38,171 nucleotides of DNA, from positions 77,723 to 115,893 of the IMG/VR virus record IMGVR_UViG_3300034069_001889; one strand, 5' to 3'. Position numbers and translations under genes: made by a program. The notes under the pieces were generated by a model. That model worked only from the letters and a program-made list of their open reading frames with translations, did no database searches and was not told the origin of the DNA. Source of the stretch: a virus. Below are positions 18,720 through 28,258 of the stretch, piece by piece (within the stretch, counting starts at the first letter, position 1; each line of letters starts with the position of its first letter).

Positions 18720-18859
18720 GGGTGCGCCAGCGCGCTATCTTTAGGGTCGGTCGGACGAGGCTGAGTTAAGGTAAAAGTTTTTACCTTAACCGGGTTGCAC
18801 GGTAAAACACGTGATGGGTAGCGAGCGGACCAAGATTCTTTAGAACGCCTGGCGTACCC
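18720..18859 (+). ncRNA. Unknown structured ncRNA F (140 nt)
   Basis: 11-bp terminal stem GGGTGCGCCAG/CTGGCGTACCC; its G-U pair favours the + strand. Internal CGCTATC/GGTAGCG helix and a 12-bp hairpin at 18765-18790. Intergenic. Confidence 0.55.
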
Positions 18860-18906
18860 GCCTTACTTTCTCGTTTTCTAGAAACAATTCACTACATTTG
18901 ATCTGA

Positions 18907-18940
18907 GGCGATAGTTTCTAACTAACTAGAAACTATCGCC
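18907..18940. repeat. 14-bp perfect inverted repeat in AT-rich intergenic DNA
   Basis: GGCGATAGTTTCTA-actaac-TAGAAACTATCGCC. Confidence 0.85.
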
Positions 18941-19001
18941 GGTTATGTTTCGTGGTTGTCTATTTAAACTAACATTAAGCCCTTAAAGTTAATTTAAACA
19001 C

Positions 19002-19661
19002 TCAATCCCTCAGCGCATGCTCCGTCACATGCCAGTCGAGCGTGTCGACCATGTAGGCCGGATTGTACCCGTGATAGCGCCCATCGAGCGCCGCGGCGTT
19101 GATCGCCTGGTAAAGGCCAAAGGCGTGCCCCGCCCCTTCGTGGATGTGCCCGCACGCGTGTACTTTAAGCATGTCCAGAGCCACCACGCGCTGCCGCAGA
19201 GTCTCTGACCCAACGTTTCCACTCGGCACCTCGTCGAGCACGTACTTCGCCGGCCCGTGCGTCACGAGCACCTGCGTGTCGTCCGGGATGTCCGCCCACT
19301 TGTTGGCCAAGATCATGTCATCGGCCATAAAGGACCAGTTGTAAAACGTAGGCGTGTAGGGCGAGAAGAAGAACGTAACGTCTCCAATTACGCGGCGTTC
19401 GTGCACGGGCAAGTCGACTCCGTGGTGCATCGCCATTTCCCTTGCCCACGCTCGTTCTTCCTCCACGACGCAGTCGTGATTTCCGGGGGAAAGAATCATA
19501 CCCTTCGGAAACTGCGCTTTCATCGATAAAAGCCAGGCGAGTTGGATCTGAAAATCCAACTTCTCGCCCCGCGGGCAAATATCGCCGCAGTGAATCAGAA
19601 GGTCGGCCGACGGCAGGTGCGGCGTATGTCCATGGGTGTCGGAGATGAATAAAATTTTCAT
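19002..19661 (-). CDS. Calcineurin-like metallophosphoesterase
   Basis: ISDTHG, HCGDI, PGNHD, LVTHGP, CGHIHE motifs. Confidence 0.93.
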   Translation of the reverse strand: MKILFISDTHGHTPHLPSADLLIHCGDICPRGEKLDFQIQLAWLLSMKAQFPKGMILSPGNHDCVVEEERAWAREMAMHHGVDLPVHERRVIGDVTFFFSPYTPTFYNWSFMADDMILANKWADIPDDTQVLVTHGPAKYVLDEVPSGNVGSETLRQRVVALDMLKVHACGHIHEGAGHAFGLYQAINAAALDGRYHGYNPAYMVDTLDWHVTEHALRD

Positions 19662-19744
19662 AATGGGCCATACCTTATTTCTTCATGGTAAACTAACTCC
19701 TGTTTTACCATAATTACCTTCAACCACCCTTCAAGGAGTATTAG

Positions 19745-20236
19745 ATGAGCGTTCTCGAAAAAGTTCAGGCGATGAAAGCCCAAGTCCAAGCACAGGTCGA
19801 TGCATTCTCGGAGATTGAGTCGGAACTCCAAGCGGCTCCCGACACGTCGGCGGTCGATGCCGATCTGACCGCGCAACTTGAAAAAGCTAAAGAGGATTCG
19901 GCGGCCCTCGTGGCCGAGCGCGATGCTCTCCGCGCCGCGATCCAGACCGAAATCGACGACCGCAAAAAAGACACCGAGCGCCTGGAAGCCACCATCGCTC
20001 CGCTTCAGCAAGCCCCGGCTCCCGTCATCCCCGACGCTCCGGCGCAAGACGCTTCGCCCGCACCCTCGGATTCGGCACCGTCCGATTCGGCTCCGTCGCA
20101 AGATGCAGCTCCCTCGCCGGATGCTCCGACCGACCTCCAGCCGGGCGTGCCCGCTGAAAATCCCGCCGAAGACCCCAGCCAACCGAAGTCGATGGCCGAC
20201 GCATCGGCCGGCAGCTCGACCCCGTTCGCGATCTAA
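19745..20236 (+). CDS. Coiled-coil protein with Pro/Ala/Ser/Asp low-complexity tail
   Basis: AAGGAG RBS; heptad pattern followed by APSDS repeats. Confidence 0.7.
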   Translation: MSVLEKVQAMKAQVQAQVDAFSEIESELQAAPDTSAVDADLTAQLEKAKEDSAALVAERDALRAAIQTEIDDRKKDTERLEATIAPLQQAPAPVIPDAPAQDASPAPSDSAPSDSAPSQDAAPSPDAPTDLQPGVPAENPAEDPSQPKSMADASAGSSTPFAI

Positions 20237-20269
20237 TTTAGGCACACACCATCCACGCGGCGCTGAATC

Positions 20270-20611
20270 TTACCGGCGCCGCGCTTTCTTTTTAGCCGTC
20301 CGGCGCACCGCTTTGACAAATGCACTAGGGTTCATCAGTAAAACCTCCGCCAGGGGCTCCTGGAGGGCGTAAATGACGTTGTGGGGGATACTGATGCCGT
20401 ACTCAAACTCGATCGCGTGAAGAAGCTCGTGAACGAAGATGTGCCGCTCTTCCCGCTTCGACATCCCACTCTTTAGCAAGATCATGCGCGATCCATTTGG
20501 ATTGTGCTTATTGATGCACTCACCAAGTTGATTCGGGTCCTCGAACTTCGGAACGTAGGCCACGAGGTAATAGACGCTTTTCTTGATTTTGATTTTGTGG
20601 GGAATGTTCAT
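20270..20611 (-). CDS. HEXXH metallopeptidase-like protein (ImmA/IrrE-like)
   Basis: IFVHELLHAIE; GAGG RBS. Confidence 0.7.
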   Translation of the reverse strand: MNIPHKIKIKKSVYYLVAYVPKFEDPNQLGECINKHNPNGSRMILLKSGMSKREERHIFVHELLHAIEFEYGISIPHNVIYALQEPLAEVLLMNPSAFVKAVRRTAKKKARRR

Positions 20612-20702
20612 GGCCCCTCATTATCGCAAATGGGGGCCCGTTCTTGAGTCCAGATTTCCGTGAAACGCCCGAAGCCGCGCTGCGGCAGCTCCCAGGCCTT
20701 TC

Positions 20703-21122
20703 CTATTGTCCGCGACCGGTGAGAATAAATTTGGCGAAGACGTACTGCGCCGTGGCCGAAAAGTCTTTGATCTTAAAAATCTCGGGCGAAAGGTCCAAAT
20801 TGACCTTTCCGTCGAGTTTATACGTGGGCAGGGTCACCGTAGCGGTCGCCGTTTTCTTGGCCGCGTCAACGGTTACGACCGTGATCGTGACGTCGCCAAA
20901 CGCCAGCACCTTCCCCACCTTCACGTTCTTCGACAAGAAGAGCGTCGGGTCCACTTTGTAATTGGCCTGAAAGGGGTAGTCCGTGGATTTAAAAAGCAGC
21001 TTGACCGTGACGTGACCCTTGACCTCAAGTTGCCCGGTGTCGGTGTCAGCCGTGTAGGTCGCGGTGCCGCTTTGAACGATGCCGTGCGGATCGAGCACGA
21101 CGGGCTGAGATACTTTACTCAT
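20703..21122 (-). CDS. Hypothetical beta-rich protein (139 aa)
   Basis: GAGGGG RBS; Thr/Val-rich strands. Confidence 0.7.
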   Translation of the reverse strand: MSKVSQPVVLDPHGIVQSGTATYTADTDTGQLEVKGHVTVKLLFKSTDYPFQANYKVDPTLFLSKNVKVGKVLAFGDVTITVVTVDAAKKTATATVTLPTYKLDGKVNLDLSPEIFKIKDFSATAQYVFAKFILTGRGQ

Positions 21123-21192
21123 TTTTTAAAAATCCCCTCTCTGGTGAACGGATAGAAGATCTCTATTCTACCGCCATCGAAGGTTTGGCGCC

Positions 21193-21444
21193 TCAAGCTT
21201 TTTCGATCGAACTCGCTGCCTCGTGTTTGCGCACGATGCCGGCGTTGGCCCAGAACATGGCCTCTTCAAGTTTATTGATTGCGGTCGAAAGCTCGGCGCA
21301 CTCCGGCACCATCTCGCACAAAACCATCGCGATGTCCTGAAGCTGCTCTCTCACCGCCTCGAATTTTGGCACCATCGCGGGCTCGGGCTCTTGGTAAGTA
21401 AATCTAGAATGGATCTCTTTGAGAGTCTCAGCGTGCTTATACAA
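21193..21444 (-). CDS. Acb2/Tad1-like helical hairpin protein (putative anti-defence nucleotide sponge)
   Basis: RFTYQEP...KFEAVRE...PECAELSTAINKLEEAMFWANAGIVR resembles the KLEEA-x-x-W hairpin of Tad1/Acb2-like proteins. Confidence 0.6.
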   Translation of the reverse strand: MYKHAETLKEIHSRFTYQEPEPAMVPKFEAVREQLQDIAMVLCEMVPECAELSTAINKLEEAMFWANAGIVRKHEAASSIEKA

Positions 21445-21457
21445 ATGAATTTGTTCC

Positions 21458-22006
21458 TTAATCGTGACGGTCTTTCAGTGATTTCAATACGCCGCACCAG
21501 GAACGCTTCTCTTTTGTTTTCCCGAAGTATGGGTAAGCTAACCCACGCTTGAGCAAAAACTCCCCCAGCGAATGCCCATCATACCGAACATCGGCAACAA
21601 TACGGAAATATTTGTCGGGGCGAACGTTCAGGAGATCTATGCGGCGCGCGCCTTTCAGCTCCTTTTCGACGGCCACGCGGGCAAAGTCCGAGACCTCGGC
21701 CTCGCAGGGGCCTACGCCGTGAAGTTCCGGGGCATCGACACCATCGACGCGAATGTGCGCGTTTTGCCCAAAAAAAGGGTGCACCTTCGGAATCTCGACC
21801 GAAAACGTGTCGGCATCGTGACAGGTTTTGAATTTAACGCAATGAAACGCTTTCGCCTCATGCTCGCAATAGCTCCCCGTGGCCAGTGTCGCAATAGCCG
21901 CGGCGAAGATGTGTGACGGAGAATCCGAACCAGACGTCTTGGCCCAAGCACCCCCGGCCGGTAAAAATAGACTCAACGAGGCAAAAGTCACGAACGCCCA
22001 AAACAC
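21458..22006 (-). CDS. Thermonuclease (SNase-like) with signal peptide
   Basis: DADTF, IRVDGVDAPE, DKYFRIVADV, LLKRGLAYPY; hydrophobic N-terminus ending AWA. Confidence 0.88.
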   Translation of the reverse strand: MFWAFVTFASLSLFLPAGGAWAKTSGSDSPSHIFAAAIATLATGSYCEHEAKAFHCVKFKTCHDADTFSVEIPKVHPFFGQNAHIRVDGVDAPELHGVGPCEAEVSDFARVAVEKELKGARRIDLLNVRPDKYFRIVADVRYDGHSLGEFLLKRGLAYPYFGKTKEKRSWCGVLKSLKDRHD

Positions 22007-22104
22007 GCTACTGTTTCTCCCTTGACAGGTTTACAGTAGAGTAGGAAATTTTTTCCCAGTCAAGGGGAACTGGGTCAACATGGCTCATCATGGGAGGCCT
22101 TAAG

Positions 22105-22236
22105 ATGTTTTTTAAAGTATGCATTTTGACCACTATCGCTGTTTCAGCAACCCTGGCGCTCCTCACGGTCGCCACCGCGTCCACCATCATCACGATCGCC
22201 TTCGATCAGTACATCCGCCCGCTCATCGTCGGGTAA
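22105..22236 (+). CDS. Small single-pass membrane protein (43 aa), not in ORF track
   Basis: GGAGG RBS; MFFKVCILTTIAVSATLALLTVATASTIITIAFDQYIRPLIVG. Confidence 0.5.
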   Translation: MFFKVCILTTIAVSATLALLTVATASTIITIAFDQYIRPLIVG

Positions 22237-22256
22237 AAGAAACGAGCCTGAACAGT

Positions 22257-23219
22257 ATGATCAATGTCGTCCACATCACGGAAAATCCCATCGCCGGCGC
22301 GCCCTACAATCTTCACCACGCGCTCAACAAATACCAGGGCGACAAGGTTCGCTCGCGGCACATCGCCTACAGCGACCGGAACGAGAACCGGATCTTTCCG
22401 CACGACATCATCATCGACAAAACGTCGTACCAGGCCCTCCGCGACGTCCTGGAGGCGGCCGACGTCATCCACCTCCACAACTTTTGGAAGAACCAGCACC
22501 TCTTTCGCACTTACCCCGACCTCTGGCCGATCGTGATGCGAAAGCCCCGCGTCTGGCAGGTGCACACGCAAAGAGACGTGAAATGGGTTTCGATGGAAGA
22601 TGGCATCAATGACAAGGGTGCCAAACACCTCGTCATCGCTCAGTACCACCCGCGGCAGTATCCAGAGTGCCAGGTCGTTCCAAACATCATCGACATCTTC
22701 GAGCCGAAGTACATGCCGATCGTTCGCGACAACACGCCCGCGCGCGTCGTCTACAGCCCGAGCCGCAACCGCGCGCACGGCTGGGAATCAAAAGGGTACT
22801 CGGAAACGCTGCCCGTCTTGCAAAGACTCGTCGACGAGAGGGTGTGCTCGGCCGACCTCATCTTCAACCAACCCCACGCCGCCTGCATGGCCCGCAAAGC
22901 AAAGGGCGACATCGGAATTGACGAGATCGTGACGGGCTCTTATCACCTCTGTAGTCTTGAAACGCTTTCACTTGGCCTTGTCACGCTCGCCGGACTCGAT
23001 GATCTTCAAATCAACACCCTGAAAGATTTGACCGGATCCGCAAAGCTGCCCTGGATTATAACGACGCCGGATACACTCGAAGAAAATTTACGTAAACTGA
23101 TCTCGGCGAACAAAGATGATCTTAAGGCCATTCAAGAGTTTTCACGAACTTGGATGGAGATGTACTGGCACCCGAAGGTCACGACCGAGCACTTCGTAAA
23201 AATTTACGAGAGCCTCTGA
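22257..23219 (+). CDS. Glycosyltransferase (GT-B/GT4-like)
   Basis: INVVHIT, ADVIHLHN, VVPNIID, ESKG, GSYHLCSLETLSLG (divergent EX7E region). Start taken at MINVV. Confidence 0.7.
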   Translation: MINVVHITENPIAGAPYNLHHALNKYQGDKVRSRHIAYSDRNENRIFPHDIIIDKTSYQALRDVLEAADVIHLHNFWKNQHLFRTYPDLWPIVMRKPRVWQVHTQRDVKWVSMEDGINDKGAKHLVIAQYHPRQYPECQVVPNIIDIFEPKYMPIVRDNTPARVVYSPSRNRAHGWESKGYSETLPVLQRLVDERVCSADLIFNQPHAACMARKAKGDIGIDEIVTGSYHLCSLETLSLGLVTLAGLDDLQINTLKDLTGSAKLPWIITTPDTLEENLRKLISANKDDLKAIQEFSRTWMEMYWHPKVTTEHFVKIYESL

Positions 23220-23220
23220 G

Positions 23221-23993
23221 ATGTGGCAAGTATTCAGCATTCCGAAGAAAGAGAAACTGGTGGAGAAAAAAGTAAACGTGCGCAGACTCGTTCGCGACCT
23301 CATGCATCAGCAGGGGTTGATTGGCTCATCCTTCGCAGACCCAATCGACAGCGTAGCGGCCGAGCGACTTGGCGTGGCCTGCTACCACGCCAACGATCAG
23401 CAGCACCTCAAAGATCGTATTTTTGAGCTCGAAGAGATCGTCCACGATCGCCTAGTTCTTTCCATGAATGGTTTTGCCGGGGCGAACGTCGATGAGCCCT
23501 CGCCCGGAGACTTAAAGCGCGTTCTCGATGCCTACTACATTTGCCACGCCGAAAGAGAATCGCTCAAACGTCGCAACGACAAACTTGTCAAAGAGGTTGA
23601 GTCATACAAACAACTCGCCAACATTGGCGCCGGCAAAGCTTCGGCCTACAAAGCGCTCGGCGACAACCTCGTCCGAGCTATCAAAAAAGTGGCGGATGCC
23701 GTGCACGAATACGATAAACTGGATCAATGGAAAGACTCGGCGGAGAAATAGACACGTGCGTCTACTATGTCTTATTTTATTTAGCTACCTCGGCCATGTT
23801 CTACGTCATGGTTGGCGGTCTCCACGACGAGGAGCACCAGGGCCCTACCCGGAGTGGCTACACGTTACTCCTGGCTCTCGTCTGGCCTTTGATCTTGCCC
23901 GTGCAGCTGATCGCGTGGGGGACGCAGATGATTGGTAAGTCGGGCTCCATTTTTATTGGTAGAATCATCCGATACCTCACCAAGGAGAAATAG
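23221..23993 (+). CDS. Two hypothetical proteins (23221-23751 coiled-coil; 23727-23993 membrane)
   Basis: Consecutive, tightly packed ORFs. Confidence 0.55.
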
Positions 23994-24794
23994 ATGATTA
24001 TGTTTAAAGGTCGCAAGTTTAACTACCGCTGGGCCGAAAAAGACGACCGCGATTTTCCGTTCAAACACATCATGCGGCTCTCGCACCTGCCAAAGCTGCC
24101 GGAAGAAGTCGATCTCACCAAAGAATCCTTTTACCCGCCCGTCTGGGACCAGGGCGAACAGGGCTCCTGCACGGCCCAGGCCGCGTGCGCCGTCAAAACG
24201 TTCATTACGCGCCGCTACGTGCCGCACCAGGACGATTTGAGCATCGACGGCTTTTACTGGTGCGAGCGCTTCGTCGACGGCAACACGCTCCTCGACTCCG
24301 GGTCCGACGGCCGCACGTCCGGTAAAGTCATGCTTGAGACCGGCGTGGGCTCGGCCAAGATCTGGGGCTACGACGATTCCCACTTTCTGAAGGAGCCGCC
24401 GAAGGAGTACTTCGAAGACGCCAACAAGAACAAGATCGGGGCCTTTTACTTCCTCCACGGGCGAATCCAAATGCAGCGCTGCCTCGCGGCGGGCTTTCCC
24501 TTCGTCTTTGGAACTTACATCCCGTGTCAAATGATGGCCGACGATTTCAACGGAATCCTCGACAATTGCTCGACGAACGATATGCTCGTCGAAGACGGGG
24601 GCCTGGCCGGCCACCAGATGTCTTGCTTCGGGTACAAAAAGATCAACGGCAAGTTGTTCTTCAAAGTCCGCAACAGCTGGGGCACCGACTGGTGCGACGG
24701 CGGGCACTTCTGGTATTCGGCCGACATGATGACCAACCCCGATTGGTGTGACGACGCAATCACCTACCGATTGGCCAGAGAGCCGGGGATTTAG
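23994..24794 (+). CDS. Papain-like (C1 family) cysteine peptidase
   Basis: WDQGEQGSCTA, GHQMSCFGY, VRNSWGTDWCDGGHF; AAGGAG RBS. Confidence 0.92.
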   Translation: MIMFKGRKFNYRWAEKDDRDFPFKHIMRLSHLPKLPEEVDLTKESFYPPVWDQGEQGSCTAQAACAVKTFITRRYVPHQDDLSIDGFYWCERFVDGNTLLDSGSDGRTSGKVMLETGVGSAKIWGYDDSHFLKEPPKEYFEDANKNKIGAFYFLHGRIQMQRCLAAGFPFVFGTYIPCQMMADDFNGILDNCSTNDMLVEDGGLAGHQMSCFGYKKINGKLFFKVRNSWGTDWCDGGHFWYSADMMTNPDWCDDAITYRLAREPGI

Positions 24795-24795
24795 A

Positions 24796-26365
24796 TGGCG
24801 AGAGCTAGTAAGCCGCAGTACCAATGGAACACACGGGCGCTCCTCCTCTGGGCGCTCGTCCTCGCCGCGGGGTATTCATTTTACGAATGGACGGGGCTCG
24901 GCACGGCCTGCCTCTTTCTCGTCGTGATGCAGTTGGTTTGACCGTATGGAATGGGAGATTCAATTTATGAAGTTCGTGTGGGAAAAGCTTTGCGCCGTCC
25001 GGCCCACGGTCTATTTTGGATTGGTCGGTTTGACCATCACGAGCGCGGCCATTGCGGAGCTCGCCGGCGACGGATGGGGTTGGTTGTTCTTTGGGCTCGT
25101 GGTCCTGGTGATGGCCGGCTCACTGAACGAATCTGAATTTACCGAGCGGAAGTAGGGCATTCGTGAGGCTCTCAAAGATTGAGATTCTCGTGGCGGCCGG
25201 AATCGTTGTCGTTCTACTCACGATTGTCGCAATCACGAGTCTTTACGGCTGCCCCGCGGGTGAATGCTTGGAAGAGCGCGAAGACGGAAGCACCGCCATG
25301 TGCGCGGGCTACACGCCCGAAGGCATGTGCATTGGTTACGTGTTTTCGCCAAATTACACGTGCGTGAAGCGCGCCGCGCCTCCATACTGTCGGCCCAAAG
25401 GTCTATCGCGCTGGAAGCTCACGCGCGAAGGCGATGAATACTAAACAAGGAAACTCATGGCCGGATCGTACAAACATATTGTCAATAGTGACAACACTTT
25501 CATCGGTGTGCGTCTTCTCGATCATTTGGGCGACGCCTGGGGTGCGCTCGAAGAGTGTCACTGGATGATCAAATATCTTGCCGGCGGCGACCTCAGCAAA
25601 ATTTTTGAAGCACACCGCGCCTACGTCGCTGCGCCCGACGGTTGCAATAATCCTGATTACGCGGCCAAAATGAGTGCACGCAATTATTGGGGCGACAAAG
25701 AAGACGATGTAGATTTGGAGGATGGCAATGACTGAGGAAGAATCTGACAAATACGCAAAAGGCCTCGAAGACATCATCGACAAACTCGTCGAAAAGGTGA
25801 ATAGCCGTGGCGCGCGGGGCGACCGCCTCGCCAAACGTTTAGAACGCTTTGCGCACCGTCAGGACGCCCTCGACGGATGGGTTGCGGATGAAATCAGGGC
25901 TGCTATTTCCGAATTCCGCGCGGGCAAGCACGGAGATCAACAATGAAGCTCTTTGGCTACGTGATCGTTAAAAAAGAAGAGCTCGAAGAAATTCACGACA
26001 TGGCGTTGAAATACAACAACCTCGCCACGTACTGGCACTGGTTTCACCACTGGACGGATTTGCGTCTCGTGCTGCGCGGCTTCGTGAACGAAGAGCTCAA
26101 TGGCAACACCGTGATGGAAATCCGTAAGCAAGTGGCCAAGCTCCGCCAAACCGACGAGTGGGGCTTCCCGACGCCGCTCTCCGTCGGAGAGTCGCGGATC
26201 GTTGAAAAAAACGAGGAGTTTGTGAAGCGCATTACCGCGGCCATCGAGTACACTCTTCGGGGGGCCGGCTATACGGAAGAGCGCGTTCAGTTTCTCATGA
26301 CGTGTATTTGGGCCAAGGCCGACAAACTCAAAGAAACGGTTCGGGTCGAAAGGCCTAAGATTTGA
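24796..26365 (+). CDS. Train of small hypothetical/membrane ORFs (24796-24942, 24946-25155, 25163-25444, 25457-25735, 25722-25946, 25943-26365)
   Basis: Head-to-tail packing with short gaps or overlaps; the first three are hydrophobic. Confidence 0.6.
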
Positions 26366-26673
26366 GCAAAATGATCGACGGCAACACATCAGACGGCCAC
26401 CACACGTTTAACGAGCTCTACGACCACCGCTGCATGCTCTTCATCCGGCTTTGCCTGCGGGACGTTCCGCACGCCGCCTGGAAGCATCACCTCGACGACT
26501 GGTTTTTGTTGTACCTGGAGTTACCGGAAGGGCAGATCAGCTACCACTGCCCGGTCAAGTACCTGCACTTCGTGGAAGACAAAATCAAGCAAGTGCCGCA
26601 CTACAACTACGACGGCCACAACAGCGAACAGGTGTTGGAGCGGCTGATGGGACAAGGGAAAAACTGTGACTGA
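26362..26673 (+). CDS. WDGH-like phage domain protein
   Basis: SDGHHTFNELYDHRCMLF...GQISYH...YDGH. Confidence 0.65.
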   Translation: MSKMIDGNTSDGHHTFNELYDHRCMLFIRLCLRDVPHAAWKHHLDDWFLLYLELPEGQISYHCPVKYLHFVEDKIKQVPHYNYDGHNSEQVLERLMGQGKNCD

Positions 26674-27174
26674 GCGTCCAAAATGGTTTTACGTGCCTGT
26701 CGTGAATAAAAATGAATCTTATGGCGGGTACGCGGACAGCGAAGAATGTTTGAAGACGCACGGCTCCGCCCAGCTCGTCTGCGACCACCTGTTTCTCGAC
26801 GAAGTGCAAGACCTCAAGGACGTTTTAGAAAGTGAGCGGAAAGCCTCTGAAGGGCTCTACGCCGTCCTGACGCACGCGACCGAACTCGGCTACCTCGGTG
26901 AAGGCTCAACGGCGGGGTGGGTCCAGGAGATGCTGACAAATTACGAAGCCGTAAAGTACAAACGCTGATGGAAGATTTTTGTGGCGTCGTTATAACGGTG
27001 ACAATGGGTTTTGCCATAATTTTTGGCACCTACAAGTGCGTGAACGCACCTTCGACGGCGGAATTGATTTACGCCGACTGTGTTGCGGACGGGGGCAAGC
27101 GGCTCGATTGCCGCAAAGAAGCTTTGAAAATCCAGCAACACACGCCCTGCACCGGGTGTCGGACGTCTGACTAA
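26666..27174 (+). CDS. Two hypothetical proteins (26666-26968; 26968-27174, membrane-anchored and Cys-rich)
   Basis: Overlapping start/stop codons. Confidence 0.6.
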
Positions 27175-27386
27175 CCAACGCTCGTGCGGTTGGCCGCGAG
27201 CACCCGCACGCGTTCTTTGAGCGCCTTGATGTCGTCTTCCATTTTTTCGGTCTGCTTCCGGTGAGCGACGTGCTCTTTACGCCTGATGCCGACCGTGCTC
27301 AAGGCTTTGCCGATCTCAAAATTCCGGGCGTGCCAGGTGATGATCGCCCCCAAAATTACGCCCGCGCCTACGTATAATGCGTCCAT
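27171..27386 (-). CDS. Small TM plus coiled-coil protein (71 aa)
   Basis: MDALYVGAGVILGAIITW...MEDDIKALKERVRVL. Confidence 0.55.
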   Translation of the reverse strand: MDALYVGAGVILGAIITWHARNFEIGKALSTVGIRRKEHVAHRKQTEKMEDDIKALKERVRVLAANRTSVG

Positions 27387-27426
27387 AGGGCTAGATTTTA
27401 CATAGATTCTCAAGTAGTGTCCATAA

Positions 27427-27606
27427 TGACTGATGAGGCGTGGAAGCGGGGTGCTGGCTTAAAAACCGGTCGCTCACGATCCCTGGAACACGCACTGTAG
27501 CCGTGATAGGTCCTCCGGGGTGTCGTTACCACGAAGAAGCTTTAGGGCGGGACGGTAAGGAAGCGGCGCAAACGGAATTGCCAGAGTCGCGCCTGGCCAT
27601 TGGTCA
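27427..27606 (+). ncRNA. Unknown structured ncRNA A (180 nt)
   Basis: Terminal stem TGACTGATG/CATTGGTCA (2 G-U). 5' GCGTggAAGC motif and 3' hairpin GCCAG-agtcgcgc-CTGGC. Ends 5 nt before tRNA-Met. Confidence 0.7.
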
Positions 27607-27611
27607 TTTGA

Positions 27612-27682
27612 CGCGGGTTGGAGGAGTGGTCCCTTGCTAGGTTCATACCCTGGAGACGTCGGTTCGAACCCGGCACCCGCTA
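27612..27682 (+). tRNA. tRNA-Met(CAU), initiator-like
   Basis: Cloverleaf; anticodon arm CTAGG-ttCATac-CCTGG; GGTTCGAAC T loop; C1:U72 mismatch; no encoded CCA. Confidence 0.88.
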
Positions 27683-27699
27683 CTTTGATTTGTTTTTAT

Positions 27700-28075
27700 G
27701 GGGGCATACTGGTTTCGACACGGGACCAAGACGCTCGCCTGCACGCCGGGGATGAATTCGAACCCCGTTATCAAACGAGTTCACATGTACATGGCGAATC
27801 GCAAGATTTCTCCATGAAAAACGCTGCCTAGACAGCAGTGATTTTTCGGGGCACGCAGCCTGGCAACAGAACGCGCAACAAGAGGAAACGCAGCCGCACC
27901 TCTTTAAATTAGGCGGAACCCGGTTGCCAGACCGGGACTAACAAAACTGGATGGTGGAGAGCGTACGAAGCTTAGCCGTTTCGTACCCCATGTAGGTTCC
28001 GTCTCACGGAACTAAGCGTGTAGAGGGTGAGTGATCAAAGTTTTGTGGACGAGGGTTCGATCCCCTCTGCCTCCA
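27700..28075 (+). ncRNA. ssrA: tmRNA
   Basis: 5' GGGGGCATACTGGTTTCGAC; 3' GGACGAGGGTTCGATCCCCTCTGCCTCCA with a G3-U70 pair. Tag frame 27793-27831 reads GESQDFSMKNAA-stop. Confidence 0.93.
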
Positions 28076-28093
28076 CTTTTTGTTTTTGTTTGT

Positions 28094-28169
28094 TGGTCGG
28101 TACCATAATTGGCAATGGGCCAAACTGTTAATTTGGAATATGGAAGTTCGAGGCTTCCCCGGCCAACCA
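28094..28169 (+). tRNA. tRNA-Asn(GUU)
   Basis: CCAAA-ctGTTaa-TTTGG; acceptor TGGTCGG/CCGGCCA; ACCA end. Confidence 0.9.
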
Positions 28170-28176
28170 TTTTTTT

Positions 28177-28248
28177 GGGTCTGTAGTTTAAACGGTAGAA
28201 TGCCGGATTCCAAATCCGGTGATCGAGGTTCGAATCCTTGCGGGCCCG
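28177..28248 (+). tRNA. tRNA-Trp(CCA)
   Basis: CCGGA-ttCCAaa-TCCGG; GGTTCGAATCC; G discriminator. Confidence 0.9.
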
Positions 28249-28258
28249 CAGTTTTTAT

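Noticed and set aside
19658-20245. 195 aa minus-strand ORF
   Set aside because: Antisense to 19745-20236, which has a strong RBS and protein-like composition.
27430-27437. CTGATGAG hammerhead-like core at the start of ncRNA A
   Set aside because: No stem II followed by GAAA; these bases are used in the terminal stem.
27546-27567. SRP domain IV-like GCGGGACGGTAAGGAAGCGGC in ncRNA A
   Set aside because: The tetraloop stem does not pair and the CAGG/AGCA internal loop is not intact.
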